Below are positions 25,484 to 32,000 of a stretch of 32,000 bases of DNA, one piece after another. The position numbers and the translations under genes are program-made. The DNA is from Mycolicibacterium smegmatis. GTDB taxonomy: Bacteria > Actinomycetota > Actinomycetes > Mycobacteriales > Mycobacteriaceae. Each line of letters begins with the position of its first letter. The stretch's first letter is position 1. The notes beneath the pieces are model-generated. The model searched no databases. It saw only the letters and a program-made list of their open reading frames with translations, and was not told the origin of the DNA. The stretch is taken from the NCBI RefSeq assembly GCF_001457595.1, contig NZ_LN831039.1, positions 2,910,001 to 2,942,000 of the forward strand, in the 5' to 3' direction.

Positions 25484-26134
25484 GTGGCCACAGTCGTTGT
25501 CGCCGATGACCATTCCCTGATCCGGGAAGGTGTGGTGCGCGTCCTCGAGCGCGGCGGACATCGTGTCCTCGCGGTCGCCGCCGACGCGGTTGAATTACTT
25601 GTGCAGGTCGACATCCATCGGCCCGATGTCGTCGTCACCGACATCGAGATGCCGCCTAGCTGCAGCGAGGACGGTTTGGCCGCGGCTGTCGACATTCGTG
25701 GACGCCACCCGGAAACGGCTGTGATTGTCTTGTCGCAGTACCTGGAAGATGACTACGCGCTGACGCTTGTCGGGGATCGCCCGCAAGGTGTCGGGTATCT
25801 GCTGAAAGAGAAGATCGCCGATCCGGACATCCTCAATGATGCTGTGCGACGAGTGTCGGTCGGGGAGTCGGTGCTCGATCCCGATGTCGTGACGTGCCTG
25901 GTGCGACGCGGACGACCGCACGACCCGCTGAACACTCTGACACCGCGAGAACGTGAAGTGCTCGGGCTGATGGCCGAAGGGCATTCGAACACCGGCATCG
26001 CGGCGCGATTGGCGGTCACGGTTCCCGCGGTGGAGCGCCATGTCACGAACATCTTCGTCAAACTCGGCTTGTCCCAGGCCAACACCGACCAGCATCGACG
26101 GGTGCTGGCGGTCCTCACATTCCTGAGAGGCTGA
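25484..26134 (+). CDS. NarL/LuxR-family response regulator
   Basis: GTG 25484 with GGAG 6 nt upstream. The receiver domain starts VATVVVADDHSLIREGV and the C-terminal LuxR HTH reads LTPREREVLGLMAEGHSNTGIAARLAVTVPAVERHVTNIFVKLG. Confidence 0.9.
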   Translation: MATVVVADDHSLIREGVVRVLERGGHRVLAVAADAVELLVQVDIHRPDVVVTDIEMPPSCSEDGLAAAVDIRGRHPETAVIVLSQYLEDDYALTLVGDRPQGVGYLLKEKIADPDILNDAVRRVSVGESVLDPDVVTCLVRRGRPHDPLNTLTPREREVLGLMAEGHSNTGIAARLAVTVPAVERHVTNIFVKLGLSQANTDQHRRVLAVLTFLRG

Positions 26135-26316
26135 CCGCCGCGCCGCAGCGCACGGCATAGAACAGGTTGCATCGGGAAAACCCCACAGCCCACCGGGGGC
26201 TGACCGGCACGTGCCTTGTTGTGCCAGCAGGGAAGACATCAGCCACGGCGGCAACGAATCATTGTCGGTGTCGGCATGAGCCGGCGCCCAATGCAGGGAG
26301 TGGGAAGGAGACCCAA

Positions 26317-27192
26317 ATGGCTGTTTGGCTGATCACCGGTGCATCACGTGGACTCGGCAGTGCGATCGCACGGGCGGCACTGGCTGAGGGACACACCGTC
26401 GTTGCGGGCGCACGAAACGTCCCCGCTGCCGCAGCCGAGCTGCCGCACAGTGATGCGCTCACCGTGATCGATCTGGATGTCACCAACTCCGCGCAAGTGA
26501 GCGCGGTCGCCGACGCCACGGCCAAACGCCATGGAGGCATCGATGTCCTGGTGAACAACGCCGGCTACAGCGTCCTGGGCGCCGTCGAAGAACTCACCGA
26601 CACTGAGACACGAGACATGTTCGAGGTCAATGTCTTCGGGCTGCACCGGATGACTCGCGCGGTCCTGCCACACATGCGGGCCCGTGGCCGCGGCCGCATC
26701 CTCAACATCGGGTCTGTCGGAGGCTTCGCCGCCGTCGCGTCATCCGGGCTCTACGGTGCGACGAAATTCGCCGTCGAGGCGATCACCGAAGCGCTCGCCC
26801 TCGAGCTGAGGGGCAGTGGTGTATCGGCGACCGTCATCGAACCAGGAGCTTTCCGCACGGATTTCCTTTCACCGCGTAGCGTCCGATTCGCGGCCACCGA
26901 GATCGACGCCTACGCCGATACCGCGGGCGCAGCACGCACCGCGTTCGCCGCCCTCGATGGTCACCAGCCCGGCGATCCTGACAAGGCGGCAGCCGCGATC
27001 CTGGCTGTCGCCGCCGCCGATCCGGCTCCCCTGCGCGTTCAGCTCGGACGCGACTGCGTGGCCAGAGTCGAACGCAAGCTGCTCGATGTCTGCCAAGAGC
27101 TGGGACGCTGGCGGGCCATCGCCGAATCGACCGATTTCTCAACCAGCCCCGCCGAATCGACCAGTGGCACCCGCACCGTCGGTGCCGCTTGA
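26317..27192 (+). CDS. classical short-chain dehydrogenase/reductase (SDR)
   Basis: ATG 26317 with SD GGAAGGAG. Motifs TGASRGLG, NNAG and the YGATK catalytic tetrad. Confidence 0.9.
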   Translation: MAVWLITGASRGLGSAIARAALAEGHTVVAGARNVPAAAAELPHSDALTVIDLDVTNSAQVSAVADATAKRHGGIDVLVNNAGYSVLGAVEELTDTETRDMFEVNVFGLHRMTRAVLPHMRARGRGRILNIGSVGGFAAVASSGLYGATKFAVEAITEALALELRGSGVSATVIEPGAFRTDFLSPRSVRFAATEIDAYADTAGAARTAFAALDGHQPGDPDKAAAAILAVAAADPAPLRVQLGRDCVARVERKLLDVCQELGRWRAIAESTDFSTSPAESTSGTRTVGAA

Positions 27193-27218
27193 CCGCGACG
27201 AGTTCTCAGGAGACCCTC

Positions 27219-27665
27219 ATGCCCAACGTTTATTACAGCAGGATCATCGCCGCACCGGCAGCCGGCGTGTGGAAGATCGTCGGCGACTTCGGATCCCTCC
27301 CTGTCTGGTTTCCCTTCGTCACAGCGAGCGAACTGGATCCGCCGGGCGGCCGGCGAGAGGTCGGCGCCTTGCGCACCAACCACATCGACGACGGAACGGT
27401 GGTCGTGGAACGGCTCGTCGAGCTGTCGGATCGTGATCGACGTGTCACATACGACGTCGTCGGCGGTCATGCGCCGGTGCAGAATTACACCGCGACCATC
27501 ACCGTTCACGAGATCTCCGACCAGGAAGCGTGTTTCGTTACCTGGACCGCTTCATTCGACGTCATCGGTGACGCGGATTCCATCGTGGATTGGGTGCGCA
27601 ACGGGATCTTCCGTGACTGTCTGGCAGAACTCGAGCGCGTCCTGGGCGTCACCGCACCAGCATGA
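27219..27665 (+). CDS. SRPBCC (Bet v1 / polyketide-cyclase-like) ligand-binding protein
   Basis: ATG 27219 with SD AGGAG 7 nt upstream. 148 aa; the pattern IIAAPAAGVWKIVGDFGSLPVWFP is typical of SRPBCC proteins. Confidence 0.8.
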   Translation: MPNVYYSRIIAAPAAGVWKIVGDFGSLPVWFPFVTASELDPPGGRREVGALRTNHIDDGTVVVERLVELSDRDRRVTYDVVGGHAPVQNYTATITVHEISDQEACFVTWTASFDVIGDADSIVDWVRNGIFRDCLAELERVLGVTAPA

Positions 27666-28787
27666 CAGCGGGGGATCTCCAGCACCGCGGCATGTCGACT
27701 CGTCAGACGGTCCTGTTTGCGCTCGCCGGCGCAGTGGCAGTCGGCAACCTGTACTACACCCAGCCGCTACTGCACGTCATCGGCGTCAGCTTGCACACCG
27801 ACGTAGGGCATGCCGGTTTCCTCGTCACGGCGACGCAGATTGGCTACTCGCTGGGCGTGCTGCTGCTTGTGCCGCTCGGCGACAGTCGCGACCGCCGCCG
27901 CCTGATCCCGACCTTGATGTTGCTGTCGGCGGCTGCGCTGACCTGGTGCGCGGTGGCGCCGACCCTGTCGGCGCTTGCCGTGGCAAGTCTCGCGCTGGGG
28001 CTGACCACGGTGTCAGGTCAGCTGTTGACCCCGCTGGCGGGTGATCTCGCCGATGACCGTAGCCGTGGACGCGTGGTCGGGATCGTAGTTTCGGGTCTCG
28101 TCACCGGCATCTTGGTCTCCCGAATTGCCGGCGGTGTCATCGCGGGTGCCTGGGGTTGGCGCGCTGTCTTCGCGATCGCTGCGGCGATCACTGCGGTCCT
28201 GGCCCTCGTGCTCGCCGCTGCCGTTCCACGGGTGCCGCCCACCACGCGCGTCGCGTATCCGAAGCACGATGTTCTGGACCGCGCTGACCTTCCTGCTCAG
28301 CGGTGCGCCGTATGACTTCACCGCATGGCAGATCGGCCTGGTCGGCGTTGCGGGTCTGGTCGGCGCACTCGCCGCACAGGGCGCCGGGCGCCTGCACGAT
28401 CGCGGCCGAAACGTGGCAGCCACGGGAGCGTGCTGGTGCCTCGGGCTCGCTGCATGGGCGGTCGCGGCGGTGTCCCACAATCTTCTGATCGGGATCATCG
28501 TCGCGGCCATCGTCCTCGACGTCTCCGTTCAGGGCCTCAACATCCTGAACCAATCACGCGTGTTCGTGGTGGCACAGGAGGCGCGCAGCCGGGTCAATAC
28601 CGCCTACGTCACCGCCAATTTCGTTGGGGGAACAGGCGGGTCGCTGGCCGCTGCAGTGCTGTGGAGCGTCGGCGGGTGGTCGGCGATCACGGTGGCGGGC
28701 GCAGCCATGTCGGTCCTCGGCTGTGCAGTCTGGGCGGCGGCCCGGCGCGGAGCGCTGAGGGCGAGTCGAGACGTGCACACGTCGTGA
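27662..28787 (+). pseudogene. MFS transporter split into two frames with part of the central loop and TM7 missing
   Basis: The N-half (frame 2, ATGA overlap with the SRPBCC stop) reads GNLYYTQPLL...RVAYPK. The C-half (frame 0) reads MFWTALTFLLSGAPYDF... and stops at 28787. The junction is at ~28262-28268. Confidence 0.7.
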
Positions 28788-28860
28788 ACGCAGCATTCTG
28801 TTGTGGCCGTTTCCCCGCCTCGTCGGTGGCGCAGCGCTTCCCGCGTTGTGGCGTCTTTCG

Positions 28861-29727
28861 TCAAATGCAAGTGATCCAGCGGTCGGCGAGGGCGTCCACC
28901 CAGTCGGCGGCCACGTCGGGATCCTGCGGTGGGGATTCCACGATCACCAACTCGTCGACACCGAGATCGACCAGTGCCGGGATGCCGCCGACCGCCGGTG
29001 CCTGAAGAGCTACCGCGCAGTGCAGGTCATCGACGTCGCGACCGGCGCGCGCGCAAAGGCGCCGTAGCATGTCCATCCGTTCGCCGACCGCGGCGACGCC
29101 GTCCAGGTTGAATCCGTACCAACCGTCACCCCAGGAAGCGACGCGCGCCAAGGCGCGATCACCGTTGCCACCGACAATGATCGGGATGGAACCCGCCGAC
29201 GGCTTCGGGTGTAGGCGCACCGCGTCGAAGGCGGCGAACTCACCGGTGAAGTCGGCGACATCCTGCCGCCACAGGGTGCGCATGGCCTCGACGTACTCTG
29301 CCGTCCGGGCGCCACGTCGGGCGAACGGGACGCCGAGGGCCTCGAATTCCTCACGCGACCAACCGATACCGACACCGAGGAGCAGTCGTCCGCCGCTGAG
29401 TTGGTCCACCGACGCGGCCTGCTTCGCCATGATCACCGGGTTGTGTTCCGGCAGCAACAGCACTCCGGTCGCGATGTGAATCGTCGACGTCGCCGCTGCG
29501 GCGAAACTCAACGCGATCATCGGGTCCAGCCAGTCGGCATCGGCAGCTACCGCGATGCGGCCGTCGGCCGAGTACGGATAGCGTGACCGGGGACGGTCCA
29601 CCATCACGACGTGCTCACCGCACCACAGCGTGGTGAAACCTGCGCGCTCGGCGGCCACCGCGACAGCGTCGATGATCTCACGCCGGGCGCCGGCGCCAAT
29701 GCCCAACGCGTGCAGGGAGATTTGCAT
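28861..29727 (-). CDS. luciferase-like (LLM class) probable F420-dependent oxidoreductase
   Basis: 288 aa with a TIM-barrel LLM pattern (GFTTLWCGEHVV..., LPEHNPVIMAKQAASVDQLSGGRLLLGVGIGW). SD GAGAGAGGA; 22 nt downstream of the desaturase gene. Confidence 0.85.
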   Translation of the reverse strand: MQISLHALGIGAGARREIIDAVAVAAERAGFTTLWCGEHVVMVDRPRSRYPYSADGRIAVAADADWLDPMIALSFAAAATSTIHIATGVLLLPEHNPVIMAKQAASVDQLSGGRLLLGVGIGWSREEFEALGVPFARRGARTAEYVEAMRTLWRQDVADFTGEFAAFDAVRLHPKPSAGSIPIIVGGNGDRALARVASWGDGWYGFNLDGVAAVGERMDMLRRLCARAGRDVDDLHCAVALQAPAVGGIPALVDLGVDELVIVESPPQDPDVAADWVDALADRWITCI

Positions 29728-29749
29728 CCGCGTATCCTCTCTCGTCTTT

Positions 29750-30622
29750 CTAGGTTGTCAAGGAAGGCGCCGGAACGGCTTTCTCGCTCCATCCGGGCGG
29801 ACCGACGACGTAACCGAACCGGGCCCGCCACGTCTTGGCGTGCGCGACATCGCGCAGCATGGCCACCGTCTCCAGGTAGTTGAACTTGACCGGGTTCTGT
29901 GACCCGACGTCGTGAATCAAGCCGTAGCGGACCGGTTCGACTTCCGCGGCATAGGTGCCGAACAGTCGATCCCACACGATGAACACTCCGCCGTAATTCT
30001 TGTCGATGTATGACTTGTTCGAGCCGTGGTGCACGCGGTGATGAGACGGCGTGTTGAACATGAATTCCCAAGCCGGCCAGAGCTTCTCGATACGTTCGGT
30101 ATGGCACGGGATCGGGAAGAGCAGCCCGGCGGTGTTGAGGACGAAGATCATCCACACGGGAAATCCGAGAAGGGCCACGGGTACCCACGCAAGGCTTCGC
30201 AACGTGTAGGACACCGGGTGAAACCACGGCAGTCGAAGGTTGGTCGACAGGTTGAAGAACCTGCTGGCGTGGTGCACGCTGTGCGCCGTCCACAGCAGCC
30301 GCACACGGTGGTCGGCGCGATGCGCCCAGTAGTAGCAGAAGTCCGTGGCGATCAGGCAGGCCACCCAGACCCACCAGTGACGAGGAGACAGCCGCAACGG
30401 GGTCAGCGACGACGCGATCACGATCGTCGAGAACGGCAGCAGGTACTGCCCGGCGAACTTGAATGCCGCGTTGAGCGCGTAGGTCGCCCAGTTGCCCGCA
30501 TAGTCGCGCGCCGAGAACTTCTGCGCATATTGCGGATCCCGTCGTTCGTCGAGCCACTCGACGAACGACAGCACCACAAAGGCCGGAGCGGTCCACAGCA
30601 GCATTGTCATCGTGATGTCCAT
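29750..30622 (-). CDS. sterol desaturase / fatty-acid hydroxylase superfamily membrane di-iron enzyme
   Basis: Start at ATG 30622 (MDITMTMLLW...). His boxes HRADH, HSVHH and HHRVHH. The ORF-track 5' extension to 31036 is Arg/His junk. Confidence 0.85.
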   Translation of the reverse strand: MDITMTMLLWTAPAFVVLSFVEWLDERRDPQYAQKFSARDYAGNWATYALNAAFKFAGQYLLPFSTIVIASSLTPLRLSPRHWWVWVACLIATDFCYYWAHRADHRVRLLWTAHSVHHASRFFNLSTNLRLPWFHPVSYTLRSLAWVPVALLGFPVWMIFVLNTAGLLFPIPCHTERIEKLWPAWEFMFNTPSHHRVHHGSNKSYIDKNYGGVFIVWDRLFGTYAAEVEPVRYGLIHDVGSQNPVKFNYLETVAMLRDVAHAKTWRARFGYVVGPPGWSEKAVPAPSLTT

Positions 30623-30721
30623 GGCAATCGACGGTAGAAATCTCGAGCCGACGAAACATCGCCCGTCGGAGCGATTTCGTGTCCCCCGCGAGAGGGATGC
30701 GTCCGCGGTGCCGGGCCGCCG

Positions 30722-31933
30722 ATGCTGTCTCAACTTCCGGCTGTGTCGGGGCTGCGGCGAGTATTCTCGCCTGGCATGGCCACCGGCGAGCTCAGCGGCG
30801 CGCGGCGGTCGTTGGCCCGTCAGTCGGTGGTGATCGCACTTCTGGCGGCCGCGGTGGACGTCGGCATCTTCGTCTCGTCCGGAATCTTCCGGGTTGCGTT
30901 CGCGTCGGCTTGCGCCATGACCGTCCTCTTGGTGTTGGCCGATCTGGCGTTGGCGCTGCCTGCCCACGCGACGGCCGTTGTGGCAATCGTCCAAGTGGTC
31001 ATCAGATTGGCGGTGTGCTGGCTGCTCAGTCGGCACGGCCTCGCCGCAGGCATAGGCGACGTCGGCATACTCGTCGCCGGCTACCGCGTGGGCGCCTGGT
31101 TACCCACCCGCGTCGCACTGCTCGTGGTGCCGGTGCTGGCGGCGGGTGTGTCCGGTGCGGCGGTGATCAACGGCGCTGGACGGACCTGGCGGGAGGTTGT
31201 GCTCATCGCCGTGTCGAATGCGGTGGTGCCGTGGCTGGTGGGTCGGTACACGGCAGCAGGCCGAGCATACGTCGACCAACTCGAACGGCATCAACAGCAG
31301 CAGCAGGCAGCGCTGGAACGCGCCTTGGCCGACGAACGGGAGGCCATCGCCCGCGATCTTCACGACGTCATCTCGCATCACGTGAGCGCCGTCGGCATCC
31401 ATGCCGGGGCGGCTCGGTTGGCGCTCGGCACAGATCCAGATGCGGTCGCCCGGTCACTGGCCGCCGTCGAGTCGGCCAGCCGCTCAGCCATGATGGACCT
31501 CCGTCGCCAACTCGACCTGCTGCACGGTGCCGACAGCGCGGGGGAGCGTCAGCCCGGCCTCGCCAACGTGTCCCACCTGGTCGATACCGTCCGCCAGGCC
31601 GGGTTGTCGGTGGAGCTCGAGCTTCCCGATGCCATGCCGGCGTTGTCGCAGTCCCTCGACGTCACGGTTTACCGCATCGTGCAGGAACTGCTGACGAATG
31701 CGCTGCGTCACGGTGACGGGACGGCGCGGCTGCAGGTGCGGCGCACAATCAACGAGGTGATCATCGACGCTTCGAATCCCATTGCCGACGGGAGATTCTC
31801 GGGGGAGTCACCGGGGCGCGGCCGGGCCGGTGTGCGGCGCCGCGCGGAACTCTTCGGGGGAACAATGCGAGATGGCAGCGACGACGGAGTGCGGTGGCGC
31901 ACCGTGGTGTCGATCCCTGTTCCGCCGTCATGA
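30722..31933 (+). CDS. membrane sensor histidine kinase, HisKA_3 type with about 5 TM and short loops
   Basis: H-box REAIARDLHDVISHHVSAV and HATPase motif IVQELLTNALRHG. The N-terminal 170 aa are hydrophobic with no sizeable extracytoplasmic domain. The start is uncertain (30722 or 30776). Confidence 0.8.
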   Translation: MLSQLPAVSGLRRVFSPGMATGELSGARRSLARQSVVIALLAAAVDVGIFVSSGIFRVAFASACAMTVLLVLADLALALPAHATAVVAIVQVVIRLAVCWLLSRHGLAAGIGDVGILVAGYRVGAWLPTRVALLVVPVLAAGVSGAAVINGAGRTWREVVLIAVSNAVVPWLVGRYTAAGRAYVDQLERHQQQQQAALERALADEREAIARDLHDVISHHVSAVGIHAGAARLALGTDPDAVARSLAAVESASRSAMMDLRRQLDLLHGADSAGERQPGLANVSHLVDTVRQAGLSVELELPDAMPALSQSLDVTVYRIVQELLTNALRHGDGTARLQVRRTINEVIIDASNPIADGRFSGESPGRGRAGVRRRAELFGGTMRDGSDDGVRWRTVVSIPVPPS

Positions 31934-32000
31934 CCTCGCCGATCCGCACGCTCGTCGCCGACGACCATGCCATGTTCCGCGCGGGTCTGCGCGCGGTTCT
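31930..32000 (+). CDS. NarL-family response regulator, N-terminal fragment (runs off window)
   Basis: The ATG overlaps the kinase stop (ATGA). MTSPIRTLVADDHAMFRAGLRAV is a typical receiver N-terminus. Confidence 0.7.
   Translation, partial: MTSPIRTLVADDHAMFRAGLRAV

Noticed and set aside
26186-26215. Hairpin CAGCCC-ACCGG-GGGCTG followed by the palindrome GGCACGTGCC, between the NarL regulator and the SDR gene
   Set aside because: Both are short (a 6-bp stem and a 10-bp palindrome with no loop) and there is no U-tract. It may be a weak terminator or operator, but it is not distinguishable from chance.
30623-31036. N-terminal extension of the sterol-desaturase ORF
   Set aside because: It is Arg/His/Asp-rich junk that overlaps the divergent kinase gene. 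MDITMTMLLW at 30622 begins the hydrophobic protein.
31771-31780. TTCGAATCCC, resembling a tRNA T-arm/T-loop
   Set aside because: It lies inside the kinase coding frame. No acceptor, D or anticodon stems can be built around it.
1-32000. Looked for CRISPR arrays, IS elements or transposases, integrases, prophage genes, rRNA/tRNA and long tandem repeats
   Set aside because: No periodic repeat-spacer structure, no DDE/serine/tyrosine recombinase-like ORF and no RNA gene signatures were seen in any intergenic gap. The largest gaps are ~180-295 bp.

Overview
High-GC actinobacterial chromosome, roughly two-thirds G+C by eye (not computed). It is most likely a fast-growing Mycolicibacterium of the M. 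smegmatis type.

The first ~14.3 kb is a conserved housekeeping block. From memory, its gene order matches M. tuberculosis Rv2682c-Rv2667: dxs (3' end), alpha/beta hydrolase, RNase D-like rnd, DUF3000, hemE-hemY-hemQ (coproporphyrin-dependent heme branch), msrB, aftC, an Rv2672-like secreted hydrolase, an RibD-C reductase, zapE, a GNAT, an MPT63-like exported protein, a PPOX/F420 enzyme and clpC2.

From ~14.3 kb the window becomes regulator- and transporter-rich accessory DNA:
- an orphan histidine kinase, then GntR plus a CynX-like MFS
- a frameshifted TDT transporter
- a LysR regulator divergent from an E. coli-type class I DAHP synthase with a structured leader
- two hypothetical membrane proteins and an FMN reductase
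- a PAS-HisKA_3 kinase with a NarL regulator
- an SDR-SRPBCC-MFS operon with a broken MFS gene
- an LLM/F420 oxidoreductase plus a sterol-desaturase-family operon
- a second HisKA_3/NarL pair that runs off the window

I found no rRNA, tRNA, CRISPR array, transposase or integrase.

The most interesting items are:
1. An 837-bp cassette encoding an acidic and a basic small protein of unknown family. It is bracketed by an 11-bp direct repeat. It sits in the 3' end of a membrane-protein gene that would otherwise be translationally coupled to the PAS kinase.
2. A putative leaderless Tyr-Trp-x-Phe mini-ORF with alternative hairpins and a terminator-like stem upstream of the DAHP synthase, plus a LysR-type dyad at about -66.
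3. Tandem perfect palindromes over the putative clpC2 promoter.

All family calls are by-eye motif recognition. No database search was run.
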